Translations under genes and position numbers: made by a program
Shown here: piece after piece, positions 1 through 10,300 of the stretch
How positions within the stretch are numbered: the first letter of the stretch is position 1
Layout: each line of letters begins with the position of its first letter
Source: a virus
Lineage: Duplodnaviria > Caudoviricetes
Direction: 5' to 3' (one strand)
DNA: 33,122 nucleotides
Virus record (IMG/VR): IMGVR_UViG_3300025621_000036
Span: 1-33,122 of that record
Notes under the pieces: model-generated
The model's input: the letters and a program-made list of their open reading frames with translations, nothing else
Database searches by the model: none
What the model was told of the DNA's origin: nothing

Positions 1-2
1 AG

Positions 3-2519
3 TTTAGTCGTTGGTATGATAGTGATGACAACAACAAAGTATATGCGTACATCGACCAAGGCTCAGGCCTTACATGGGTCGCCTTAGACGACCCTCGTGT
101 TGCGGCCAACGAAATACATGTCACTGCCTTAAACGCGGAGGTTTTTAATGGCGACGGGACTAGTCGCCTTGCAACAGGCACCGCACTCAACACGCTAGAT
201 ACCACTGTTGTGGCGCTGGGCGGCACTGTTGTTTCTATTCAGTCAGACGTTACTGCGTTAGAAGGTGAAGTATTTAATGCAGATGGCACTGCCCGCTTAG
301 CTACTGGTACAGCGGTTAGCGCGTTATCGAGCACTGTTGCGACCCAAGGCACTACAATAGTTTCCGCTCAGTCGGACATAACCGACTTAGAAGGTGAAGT
401 GTTTAACGGCGATGGCACCGCCCGCTTAGCTACTGGCGCGGCACTCAGTACGCTGTCTAACACAGTGGCTAGTGATGGCCTTACAATAGTGGCGATACAG
501 GTTGACGTTACTGAGCTTGAAGGTGAAGTGTTTAACGCGGATGGCTCTGCCCGCTTAGCTACTGGCGCAGCGGTCAGCACATTGACAAACACCGTAACTA
601 CTCAAGGTGATAGCATTGGTACGTTGCAGACTGACGTTACCTCACTCGAAGGAGAGGTGTTTAACGCCGATGGCACTGCTCGCTTAGCTACTGGCTCCGC
701 CCTGAGCACGCTGACCAACACAGTTACAACTAACGGCACAACAATCGTTTCGTTGCAGACTGACGTTACCTCACTCGAAGGAGAGGTGTTTAACGCCGAT
801 GGCACTGCGCGTCTCGCTACTGGTACAGCGGTCAGTACGTTATCGAGTACCGTAGTAACGCAAGGTTCCGATATAGATACCTTAGAGAGCACGGCTACGA
901 CGCAGGGTGCGCTAATAGGCACAATACAATCTGATGTAACCGCCCTTGAAGGTGAAGTGTTTAACGGTGATGGCACTGCTCGCCTAGCTACTGGCGCGGC
1001 ACTTAGCACGCTATCTACCACAGTAACTACGCAGGGTACTAGTATTGGCACTGCGCAGTCGGACATAACCGACTTGGAAGGAGAGGTGTTTAACGCCGAT
1101 GGGACTGCTCGCCTTGCTACTGGCTCCGCTGTCACCACGCTGTCTAACACAGTAACTACGCAGGGCACTAGTATTGGCACCGCGCAAACTGACATTACTT
1201 CCCTAGAAGGTGAAGTGTTTAACGCCGATGGCACTGCTCGTCTAGCTACCGGCGCGGCGCTAACTAACCTAACAAACGTAGTTACAACCAACGGCAGTGA
1301 CATAGATACTGTGCAGCAGGACATCACTTCTCTAGAAGGTGAAGTATTTAACGCAGACGGCACTGCCCGTCTAGCTACTGGTTCAGCGGTTTCGTCACTA
1401 ACTAGCGCAGTAGGAATAAACACCACAAACATAACCTCCGCGCAGCAGGACATCACTGCCCTAGAAAACAGTGTTACGACGCTAGATGGGGAAACTACAG
1501 CCAACGCCAACGCCGTAACGGCGCTAGACACACGAACAACCGCAGCGGAAGGCACTATAACCAGCACGAGCAGCGCTGTTACGGCACTACAAAATTCCTT
1601 GACCACTGCGGAGGGTACCATAGCTGCTACTAGCACCGCCCTCGACGCCGTAGATACTCGCGTTTCAAGCGCGGAAGGCACTATAAGTTCTCAAGGCACG
1701 TCCATAAGCGGGCTAACCGCCGGGCTTGCTGCTACCGACTCGACAGTCGCGGGGCACACAACAAATATAAACACCCTAACCACTGATGTTTCTGCCATAG
1801 ATGGCGTGGTTACTTCAACCGCCAGTGATGTGAGCGCTCTGTCCACCACAGTCGGAGAAAACACTTCTGCCGTAGAGACAGCGGCGGAGTCTATAAATGG
1901 TTTGTCTGCGCAGTACACAGTTAAAGTAGACAATAACGGATACGTGTCGGGTTTCGGCTTAGCGAGTACGCTGGTTAACGGCACGCCGTTCTCTGAGTTT
2001 ATCGTGTCAGCAGATAGGTTTGCTATTGCGTCTTCTTCTGGCAGCGAGGTAATACCGTTCGTAGTTACTACCGCGACTACTACACTCAATGGTGTTAGCG
2101 TGCCTGCTGGTGTTTACATAGACCAAGCGTTTCTTAAGAACGGTGCTATCGGCACTGCACAGATCGGCGTAGCCGCTATCGACACTGCACAGATCAGTGA
2201 CTTAGCTGTTACTAACGCTAAGGTAGGCTCACTAAACGCTGACAAAATAACCGCAGGCTTTATATCCGCAGACCGTATATCCACTGGGTCTCTAGACGCT
2301 AAGATCGCGACTATAACTAGCGCGCAGATACAAGACCTCGGTGCAAGCAAGATAACCGCTGGTACAATAGATGCCAGCCAAGTAACGCTCGCGGGCGTTT
2401 CACCTTCGTTTGCTATTAAGAGCGCGACCACCGGAGAGCGTATGGAGATAGAAGCAGGCGTAATTAAAGTCTACGACTCGGCTAACACACTTAGGGTTAA
2501 GCTAGGGAATCTTGCGTAA
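3..2519 (+). CDS. Tail fibre / host-specificity protein, 5'-truncated by the window edge, with 43-aa repeats and a DUF1983-like C-terminal region
   Basis: Frame is open from position 3 (FSRWYDSDDNNKVY...), so the true start lies upstream of the window. Thr/Ser/Ala-rich heptad stalk, then SAQYTVKVDNNGYVSGFGL...FIVSADRFAI, GVYIDQAFLKNGAI and terminal LRVKLGNL, typical of lambda J-like C-termini. Confidence 0.85.
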   Translation, partial: FSRWYDSDDNNKVYAYIDQGSGLTWVALDDPRVAANEIHVTALNAEVFNGDGTSRLATGTALNTLDTTVVALGGTVVSIQSDVTALEGEVFNADGTARLATGTAVSALSSTVATQGTTIVSAQSDITDLEGEVFNGDGTARLATGAALSTLSNTVASDGLTIVAIQVDVTELEGEVFNADGSARLATGAAVSTLTNTVTTQGDSIGTLQTDVTSLEGEVFNADGTARLATGSALSTLTNTVTTNGTTIVSLQTDVTSLEGEVFNADGTARLATGTAVSTLSSTVVTQGSDIDTLESTATTQGALIGTIQSDVTALEGEVFNGDGTARLATGAALSTLSTTVTTQGTSIGTAQSDITDLEGEVFNADGTARLATGSAVTTLSNTVTTQGTSIGTAQTDITSLEGEVFNADGTARLATGAALTNLTNVVTTNGSDIDTVQQDITSLEGEVFNADGTARLATGSAVSSLTSAVGINTTNITSAQQDITALENSVTTLDGETTANANAVTALDTRTTAAEGTITSTSSAVTALQNSLTTAEGTIAATSTALDAVDTRVSSAEGTISSQGTSISGLTAGLAATDSTVAGHTTNINTLTTDVSAIDGVVTSTASDVSALSTTVGENTSAVETAAESINGLSAQYTVKVDNNGYVSGFGLASTLVNGTPFSEFIVSADRFAIASSSGSEVIPFVVTTATTTLNGVSVPAGVYIDQAFLKNGAIGTAQIGVAAIDTAQISDLAVTNAKVGSLNADKITAGFISADRISTGSLDAKIATITSAQIQDLGASKITAGTIDASQVTLAGVSPSFAIKSATTGERMEIEAGVIKVYDSANTLRVKLGNLA
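120..1400 (+). repeat. Ten tandem 129-bp (43-aa) coding repeats, core LEGEVFNADGTARLATG
   Basis: Cores at about 132, 261, 390, 519, 648, 777, 948, 1077, 1206 and 1335; spacing is 129 nt except one 171-nt interval. Confidence 0.95.
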
Positions 2520-2914
2520 TGAGCTATGGCTTCCAGCAGTTCGACGAATACGGTGAAACTATAATAGACACTAGTCAGATAGTTAACTCGTTAATTAAGA
2601 TAGATACGGTCAGTATAACGTTGCAGCCGGGTTCCGCTAGTGGCAGTACTTATCCGTCTTCTATTCAATACAGCTTGCCCGGAGTTACTTCCCAGCAGGA
2701 CTTAGATGATAACTATATAATACAGGAAATCCCTGCGGGGTTTAGCCTGTTCGACAACGGTGGTAGTTTCGCTAAAGCGTATGTTTCCGCAGGGGTTATT
2801 AGCTTCACTAACAACTCTGGATGTTACACCATATTCGGTGACCCTAGGCCGTGCTCATTCCTTGACGCCCGCACAGAGACATATAACGTTTATGTTGTTG
2901 GTAAAGCCTTATGA
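2519..2914 (+). CDS. Tail tip accessory protein (hypothetical)
   Basis: Start overlaps the fibre stop codon; N-terminus MSYGFQQFD..G..IID is the type commonly found after J-like genes. Confidence 0.6.
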   Translation: MSYGFQQFDEYGETIIDTSQIVNSLIKIDTVSITLQPGSASGSTYPSSIQYSLPGVTSQQDLDDNYIIQEIPAGFSLFDNGGSFAKAYVSAGVISFTNNSGCYTIFGDPRPCSFLDARTETYNVYVVGKAL

Positions 2915-3897
2915 GCTATGGGATAGAAGTCCTAGACTCTAATGGGAGCACCGTTTTTAACAGCACCAACTATGTAGAGATGGCTTCGCATTACGCCACC
3001 GTGGTTAGCGGGGGTACGTTCTATACACCTTCGTGGTGTACGGGTGGCGACAAAGCGTACGAAGGCCCCCCTTACTCGCGCACTAACAGTACATCGCTGA
3101 ACCTTGCCTACACTAATAAGGAGATGGCGTTCCCACAAGAAAACCCCCAAGTAATACTCCCCGGACACAAGATGGTAGTGGGCGGGGTAGATTATTTCGT
3201 TACAGGCCAAACAGGGTCGCAAAATGGCTTAACATACTTTTCATTTGATAAATCTGTGGCGGGTATCCGAGGTACTTCAGCGGCGAGAACTTTTTACGCG
3301 GTGGAATACTACATCGCTCGACCAGTTTTTTATGTGCGCCCACTGTCCGCTAGCTACTCAGGAGTGTTTTCTATAGTAGGGGGCGGAGAATCGTTCACGT
3401 TGTTAGACTACGCAAGCGGCACGAACACGTTTGAAGTTATCGTTGCCAACTCCGCAGAGGAATGGGGTTCCATAAGCGACGCCAGACCTAGTAAGTTCCT
3501 AGCAGGCACTACTGACTACGGCTTGCAAGGGCAAACTGCGTCAAGTTTCCGGTACACACCTTCGCAGCCGCTAACTTCGTTCACAACGTACGACTCCAGA
3601 ACCCGCCCGGTTAAGGTTATACTCGCTAAGGGCTGGGCTGGCGGCACAGCTGGCACAGCGTCTACTTTCTCGCTGGGAAGTTTGTCTACCTCCACCACCA
3701 AACGGTGGTGCCGCATGAACTCTACTGTGTTAGCTAAAATAATTGGCTACCAAAATTACTGGACGGCTAAGTACAACTGGGCTTCTAACAACAACATCTC
3801 GCTGTCGTGGACTAGCGGCGGGGGCAACTTTACTTTGTCCACTAATTACACAACAAAAGCAGCCTTCGCTGTAGTAGAATTTGGAGATGGGTTATGA
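2911..3897 (+). CDS. Tail tip accessory / possible receptor-binding protein
   Basis: ATGA overlap; MSYGIEVLDSNG motif echoed internally (DYGLQGQT...YDS); rich in aromatic, Ser, Thr and Gly residues. Confidence 0.6.
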   Translation: MSYGIEVLDSNGSTVFNSTNYVEMASHYATVVSGGTFYTPSWCTGGDKAYEGPPYSRTNSTSLNLAYTNKEMAFPQENPQVILPGHKMVVGGVDYFVTGQTGSQNGLTYFSFDKSVAGIRGTSAARTFYAVEYYIARPVFYVRPLSASYSGVFSIVGGGESFTLLDYASGTNTFEVIVANSAEEWGSISDARPSKFLAGTTDYGLQGQTASSFRYTPSQPLTSFTTYDSRTRPVKVILAKGWAGGTAGTASTFSLGSLSTSTTKRWCRMNSTVLAKIIGYQNYWTAKYNWASNNNISLSWTSGGGNFTLSTNYTTKAAFAVVEFGDGL

Positions 3898-4343
3898 TTT
3901 TAAAATTAAGAGTGGACGCCAGCGGCAATATAATAAGCCAGTATAGGACGGCGGAATCTTGGCCAGAACACGGCACTACTGAGGACGGGTTCCTCTGTCT
4001 AGACTCTATCCGTGTGCTAGACATGCAGTTAGATTACTGGGACGGCGCGGCTTGGGCGACCCGAGCCGCTGCGCCTAATAACTTTTGCGTGTGGGAGAAT
4101 GGCGAGTGGGTAGAAAGCGAAGACAAGAAGCTCGTCGTGCAGTCTTGGATTATGGCACGTGGTCGGGCAGAACGCGACGTACGACTTTCTATGAGCGACT
4201 GGACGCAATTCCCAGACAGCCCTCTAACCGATGAGAAAAAAGCCGAGTGGGTAGCGTATCGGCAGGCATTGCGGGATGTGCCCGCAAACAACTCGGAAGT
4301 TACTGATCTAAATGATATAATCTGGCCAACATCTCCAATATAA
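3894..4343 (+). CDS. Tail fibre assembly chaperone
   Basis: Motif RAERDVRLSMSDWTQFPDSPL...WVAYRQALRDVP...IWP. Confidence 0.88.
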   Translation: MILKLRVDASGNIISQYRTAESWPEHGTTEDGFLCLDSIRVLDMQLDYWDGAAWATRAAAPNNFCVWENGEWVESEDKKLVVQSWIMARGRAERDVRLSMSDWTQFPDSPLTDEKKAEWVAYRQALRDVPANNSEVTDLNDIIWPTSPI

Positions 4344-4358
4344 GGCATAATTGGCGGC

Positions 4359-4787
4359 ATGAGCTTTGATTACGGTAGAGTAGTATACGACGATAAGGAG
4401 CGATTCGGCAAATGGGTCGCTTCTCAGGTAGAGCAAGAGGGCAGCTGGGGCGATTATTACGCGCTAGGCGTTGAGAAAGAAGGACGGGTAACCGCCGGTG
4501 TTGTGATAAACAACTACAACATGTCTAACGCCACAGTCCACATAGCCATTGCAGAACCTAATCGTATGATCATACCCCTTTTCAAAGCAGTTTGCGATTA
4601 CGCATTTAACGTATGCAAACTAAAGAGAATAACTGGGCTTGTACCAACTAACGAGCCTGACACAATTAAGTTCGATAAGCACCTAGGCTTCGTAGAAGAG
4701 TTCGTTATGAAGGATGGTGCCCCTAACGCAGATATGATGGTACTAGTATTATGGCCAAAAAATTGTCGCTGGCTTCAGGAGTCATAA
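4359..4787 (+). CDS. GNAT-fold acetyltransferase-like virion assembly protein
   Basis: YAFNVCKLKRITGLVPTNE...KHLGFVEE RimJ/GNAT-like motif; lies before the ejection proteins, as in podoviruses. Confidence 0.75.
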   Translation: MSFDYGRVVYDDKERFGKWVASQVEQEGSWGDYYALGVEKEGRVTAGVVINNYNMSNATVHIAIAEPNRMIIPLFKAVCDYAFNVCKLKRITGLVPTNEPDTIKFDKHLGFVEEFVMKDGAPNADMMVLVLWPKNCRWLQES

Positions 4788-4790
4788 ATT

Positions 4791-5747
4791 ATGGGTGGTA
4801 AAAGTCAACCGGCTCCCGACTATTCGGGAATGGAAAGAGTTGCACGCGAGCAGTTAAGATTCTCGCAGCAGCAGTACCAAGATATGAAGCCCATTGTTCA
4901 GCAGATTGCTGGGCAGCAGATGGCCGCGCAAGATCAACAGATGGAGCAGGCAGCTGACTACTACCAGTATCAGCAAGAAACCTTCCGTCCTCTTGAACAA
5001 GGGTTAGTTGCTGACGCGCAAAACTTCGACACCGAGGCTTACCGCCAGACACAAGCTGGTGAGGCTAGCGCCGCCGCCGCAAGGGCGTTTGGTACGGCTC
5101 GGGAGTCTAACGCTAGGTTCCAAGCAGCCAGAGGTGTTAACCCCAATTCTGGTGCCGCTCGTGGTGCTGGTTTACAAACTCAATTACAAGAAGCTGCTAT
5201 GCGCGCGCAGGGTATGACTGGCGCTCGTAACCAAGCACAACAGTTAGGCTATGCGCGTAAGTTAGACGCCGCTGGTCTTGGCCGTGGGTTGTCAGGAGCT
5301 TCTACCGCTGCTTACGGTGGTGCTACTAACGCTGGTTCTCAAGCATCAAACGTGGCCCAATCCGCTGGTAACAACTACCAAGCTGGTCTAGCAGGCGCAG
5401 GACAAACTTACGGCAACATGGCAAGTACTCAGGCAAGTGTTTTCTCTGCTGGGCTACAAGCACAAGGCGAGATGATGGGTGCTTTAGTAGGAGCCGGTGC
5501 GACTATGTACCCTTCCGATATGCGGCTCAAGGAAAACGTTTCTGAGGTTGGCAAAGACGCTTACACAGGACTTAACCTATACCACTTCAGCTACATTAAC
5601 GATCCTGACAGCACTATGTATGAAGGTGTTATGGCTCAGGAAGTTCTTAACTTTATGCCGGAAGCAGTTGCACTTACTGAAGACGGTTTCTATGCGGTGA
5701 ACTACAACATGCTCGGCATGGAAATGAAACAAGTGGAGGTGGCGTAA
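4791..5747 (+). CDS. Internal virion / DNA ejection protein with C-terminal peptidase S74-like intramolecular chaperone domain
   Basis: MGGKSQPAPDY N-terminus, Gln/Ala/Gly-rich helical body, then SDMRLKENV...YHFSY...GVMAQEV...PEAV...GFYAVNY. Confidence 0.75.
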   Translation: MGGKSQPAPDYSGMERVAREQLRFSQQQYQDMKPIVQQIAGQQMAAQDQQMEQAADYYQYQQETFRPLEQGLVADAQNFDTEAYRQTQAGEASAAAARAFGTARESNARFQAARGVNPNSGAARGAGLQTQLQEAAMRAQGMTGARNQAQQLGYARKLDAAGLGRGLSGASTAAYGGATNAGSQASNVAQSAGNNYQAGLAGAGQTYGNMASTQASVFSAGLQAQGEMMGALVGAGATMYPSDMRLKENVSEVGKDAYTGLNLYHFSYINDPDSTMYEGVMAQEVLNFMPEAVALTEDGFYAVNYNMLGMEMKQVEVA

Positions 5748-7288
5748 TGGGTTGGGCATCTGGAATGGCAGCAGGCGTTAGGCTCGGTGAAGCTGTAAAC
5801 GCGAACAGAGCTAGAAGAAAAGAAGGTTTGGTCGCAGAGGAAATCTCTGCGTTCGACGCCGCGCAGGCCGAGCAAGCCGCAGCGTACAAGAAACAACAGG
5901 AAAACGCCCAGAACACCTCTAACGTACAAGCTGCGTTTAACAACGGTGGTATAGGCGCTGGCCCAGACCAAAACATGAGCGCGATGCCACAAGCGCCGAA
6001 TACTCTTGCGGGTATGGGATTAGCTCCGGCACAGGCAGGTACTGCGCCACAACAAAGCCCTATGCCAGCTCCGACAAGAGTTGAAGCGCCAATGAGCGTC
6101 CTAGACCAGCTGCGGGCTAGAGAAAGCATATACAGAGGTGCTGGGCTTACCGACCAAGCAGACAAGCTTGCTTCGCAGGCTTTAGACCAACAACGCTATG
6201 ACATAGGGCAGGAACAGTTTGATACAACAACAGGTCTGGCAAGAGAGCAGCTCGCGATTGATACCCGTGCGGCAAATACCGCAGACCAAAGAAGCCAATT
6301 TGAACTCGCCCAAGCGCAACAACAGGTAACCGAAGACGCTGAGCAGAAAAAAGGCATTAGTGAACTACAATCAACATTAGCTAGCGGGGAAGCAACCCCA
6401 GAAAATATAGGTGAGCTGTACTCTAAGTACGGTATAGACCCCGCAGTTGGCAACGAGTATGTCACAGGGTTCTATAACATCTCAGAGCAAGCTGCCAAGC
6501 GCAAACAAGAGCAACTAGCCCTGCAAACTGCGGAGCTAAACTTAGATGGTCTGGTTGACCTCCATAAAAAAGACGACTCTATAACTCCGGGCAGGCACTT
6601 TGATTACGAGCAAGTGGGCGGTAAGCTAGTCCTTTCCGAGTTCGACACTGAGACCGGCGAAAAAGTTAGGGATTTAGCAGAGTTCGGCTCTACGGCGGAG
6701 CTTGAAACAAACCTGCGTAATTTAGCTTCTGGGTACGGCGCTGCCATAGAGTCACTAGCCAACACGGCTAAAACCCAGCGCGCAGCGGCTGCGGATGGGG
6801 CCATAGAATACGCCAAAGTTAACGCCGATCTTGCAGCAGTGGATGGGGGCATTAGAGAGAAGCTCATAGACAACCTTGGCAAATTGCAGGCCGACCCTAT
6901 GTTTCGGGGTATGGAACCACTCCAGCAGGAAGCTGCTATCGCTGAAATATATAAAGCCGCAGGGGTCGTTTACTCAGGCGCAATGACCCCCGGTGGAGAT
7001 TACGGCGATGGCGGCGATGGCACGGCTCCTCCTCCTCCTCCTGCGGATAGTATAGCCGCTCTTAGGCAAGGGCTTCAGCGCAAAACTGCCGAAGGTGCAG
7101 AGGCAGACGCCAAAAAGCAAGTACTGTACAAAGAGGCGGAAGCTCTGATTACCGAGTTTACCCCAGAGCAGCTTGACAGTGTGGAGGTTAGTGACGAGCT
7201 TAAAGCGGCTATACAAGCAGCGTACACGGCGCAACGGGGGTATGCCGCGCAACGGACGCTTGAAAAAAGTGGTTTACGCAGTCTCTAG
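5747..7288 (+). CDS. Putative internal virion / ejection protein
   Basis: 513-aa Ala/Gln-rich helical ORF with amphipathic Gly-rich N-terminus, located between two ejection-type genes. Confidence 0.6.
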   Translation: MGWASGMAAGVRLGEAVNANRARRKEGLVAEEISAFDAAQAEQAAAYKKQQENAQNTSNVQAAFNNGGIGAGPDQNMSAMPQAPNTLAGMGLAPAQAGTAPQQSPMPAPTRVEAPMSVLDQLRARESIYRGAGLTDQADKLASQALDQQRYDIGQEQFDTTTGLAREQLAIDTRAANTADQRSQFELAQAQQQVTEDAEQKKGISELQSTLASGEATPENIGELYSKYGIDPAVGNEYVTGFYNISEQAAKRKQEQLALQTAELNLDGLVDLHKKDDSITPGRHFDYEQVGGKLVLSEFDTETGEKVRDLAEFGSTAELETNLRNLASGYGAAIESLANTAKTQRAAAADGAIEYAKVNADLAAVDGGIREKLIDNLGKLQADPMFRGMEPLQQEAAIAEIYKAAGVVYSGAMTPGGDYGDGGDGTAPPPPPADSIAALRQGLQRKTAEGAEADAKKQVLYKEAEALITEFTPEQLDSVEVSDELKAAIQAAYTAQRGYAAQRTLEKSGLRSL

Positions 7289-7320
7289 CAATGTTGCTAC
7301 ACTTATAATTAGGGTGAACA

Positions 7321-10300
7321 ATGTCTATATTTAGTTTAGAACAACTGCGGGCTATAGCTCCTGCTAGAATGAAAGGGGCTTCCGATGCGGAGCTAGTAGT
7401 AGATTACAGCCAGCAGGTAGGCAAAGACGCGCAGGACGTTGCGGAATACTTTGGCGTGTCTACAGGCCGTGACCGTGGTGAGTTGGCTGCGGGTATTTCT
7501 TCTGGCGTAGACGTAGTGCAGATGCTTGGTACAAGTGCTGCCGCTGGTATAGCAGACATTGTAGGCGCGGAAGACACTTCTGAGTACTTGCGTGGCCAAG
7601 CGGAACGACAAGGTTATGAGTCGTATCTAGCGGGCAAGCCCGGATTAGATCGCGTAGAAGACTTAGAAGGCGTAGGTGACTATATAGACTACGCGCAGTA
7701 CCAGATCGGTAAGCAGTTGCCTATTATGGGCACTGTAATGGCAGCGCAGGCACTTCCGGGCTTAGGTCAGGCTGGCACCGCTGCTGGCTTAACTAGGTTA
7801 GCGGCTATAGCCCCTAGAGCTTTAGGTGGTGGTGGCGTTCAGCAAGGTGCTAGTTTCGCAGCTCGCAAGCAAGCACTCGCACAAGGTGAGGCACTAGCTA
7901 AGTCTACTATGGTAGGTACTGGCCTTGGCTTTGGCTCTCTATATGAATCCTCCGCTGCTGATGGTGACCCTGATCCTTGGAAGGCATTACTCGGCGCTGT
8001 TCCTTACGGCTTAGCTGAAGCGGCTGTGCCTGCTGCGCTTACTGGCGTAGCTAGACTTAAGACTGGCGGATACACAGGTGGCGCGGTTTCTAGGTTTGGT
8101 AAAGCTGGCGCTGTAGGCTCTGTAACAGAAGCTGCTACTGAAGTGGCACAAACGGGTATGGAGTTTGGCATTGACGGCACTGCTACCGCTGAAGAAATGC
8201 GCTCTGGATTCCTTAACGCCGCTGTAGCTGGTGGATTAACAGGCGGCTCTATGAGCGGTGCTGTATCTGCTATTGGGCAACGAAGAATAGACGCACCTAA
8301 GAAAGTAGAAACTAACGTACTGGGAGAGACAGACTTGGCGGGCAATGCCCCCACTCCTGTACAAGAACGGCAACCAGAGTTTCAACAAAACTTAGACCTT
8401 AACGACCCACTAGCTGGGCAGTATGACGAGGCTGGCGCGCCGCAGAACATAGGTTCCATCGAACAGACAGCAGAGCAAGCAGAGCAAGCGCCTGTACTAG
8501 ACGAAGACCAATTTTCTTTTGACTTCGCTACTGGGCCGCAACAAGATTTCGCTGCTTCCTTAAAAGCTACCGTTGCTAAGTTTGGCAATATAAAGCGTGG
8601 TCAAAAGAAAGTTTTAGCCCAGCGACTAGAAATGTTGCAGCGTACTAGGGCAGGCGTGCAAGCAGATAACCTTTTTGAGCAAGAGAAAACAAAACCATCT
8701 GAGCGCAGAGCTAAAAAACTACGCGAAGCTATGGCGCTAAACAAAGCTGAAAAGATTCGTGTTCTCGACGAGCAAATCGCAGACACTGCGGAACAAGTTA
8801 ACGGCGCAGCCGAAGCTGCTGTAGCAAGAGAAAAGCTGGCAGACTTCAAAAATGCACTAAAAGTTATATCGGTAAACGATAAAGGTGAAGCGACGCTCAC
8901 AGGTGAAATTACAGAGCGCCAGTTAGCTGCACTGCAAGAGGGCGACCCTAACGTATACGAGCAAGTTGCGCCTAAAGAAGCAGCGGTAGAAGTTCAGGGT
9001 GAAACAGATTTAACCGTGTCTAACAAAGCCGAACCAGAGATACAAAGTGACCTGTTCGAGGACGTAGTCGTAGACCCTGTTGAAGAAACACAGGCGTCAC
9101 CTCTAGCGCGGGAAACAAATACTGCACCTGTAGAAGAAGTATCTCAGACACAGGATCAAATAGACTCTGAGATGTCCGCTGCTGAACAAGCTGAGCTTGA
9201 GTCCGTCGTTGTAACCGAGCAAGACTCCGCAGTTATGGACGTAGAGATAAGAAACATCCTAAAGTCTGAAGTGGATTCTACTACCGGCGAGGCTACTGGC
9301 GCGCCGACTTTGGCTGACGGCGTTCACAAAGCGATTGCGATAATGCTCCGCCACCCTGCCCTATACCCTGCCCCTAGAATAGGCAACGCTGGTAAGTCTG
9401 CTACAGACCCAGAGTACGTTAACAAAGAAGCTACCGCTGCAAACAGCGAGCAAATGAAGGGTATCCACAAGATGCTCTTGGACGTTGTTAAGTATGCGAC
9501 TATTGCTAATAACCAAGCTGGTAACCTAGACAAGCGAGTTACGTCTACAGTGGGCGGTGTTACTACCACGTCTAAGCAACGTAAAGCCGCAGGCGAAGGG
9601 CCGCAGGCTAAGTACAACAAAGCGATAAGAGATTTAGAAGCCACATTCAAAAAGCTGCTTAACCCGTCTGCTGGCGGAATGAGCGATAAAGACTTGTCCG
9701 CTATCTTAGGTGCTCTTAAAGTAGACCAAGAGACTAACGCTAAGACAAGTATTAAAGAAGCCCCGATGCGCAAGAAAATTAGCGCTATCTTCACTCCGGG
9801 CTACAATTTTGTCAGCGCAGGCAAAGTAAATACTAGTATAGACTCACTAATATCCACCGCGTTTAGCCAGTATAAAGACGGAACGCTAGGCCAGAAAGAT
9901 GTCGTGTCCGGCACTGTTACGCGTGGTAACAAAGCTGAAATGAAGAAAGGCAAGCCTACGCCGCTCGAAGCCACAGTGGCGGAAGCAAAAGAAGATGGCA
10001 AAGACGTACTCAGCGCTGTACTAGAAAGAGTGTCTAGCTGGAAAGGCAAGCCTAGTCCTTATGCTGTTACCCTAGGCAGAAGTATCCGTGACGTTCTAGA
10101 GCGAATGAATGAGGGCAAAGCCCCAGTTCAAGTTGAGTTTGTTGGTGTAGATAACGACGTAACTGGGCCGCAGTTTGACCCCAACACTAATACTGTATAC
10201 CTGAACCGCGACGCTTCTCAAGAACAAGTACTGCACGAGGCGTTGCACTCGGTGCTACAGGGGTATGTGTACAACAATCCTACCGAAGCTAGCGTAGTAG

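Noticed and set aside
368-2431. Long - strand ORFs opposite the tail fibre
   Set aside because: Antisense shadows of a repetitive, codon-biased gene; no RBS or recognisable motifs.
7270-7320. Promoter before the 2042-aa gene (TACACT / TATAAT)
   Set aside because: No -35 at suitable spacing; too weak to call.
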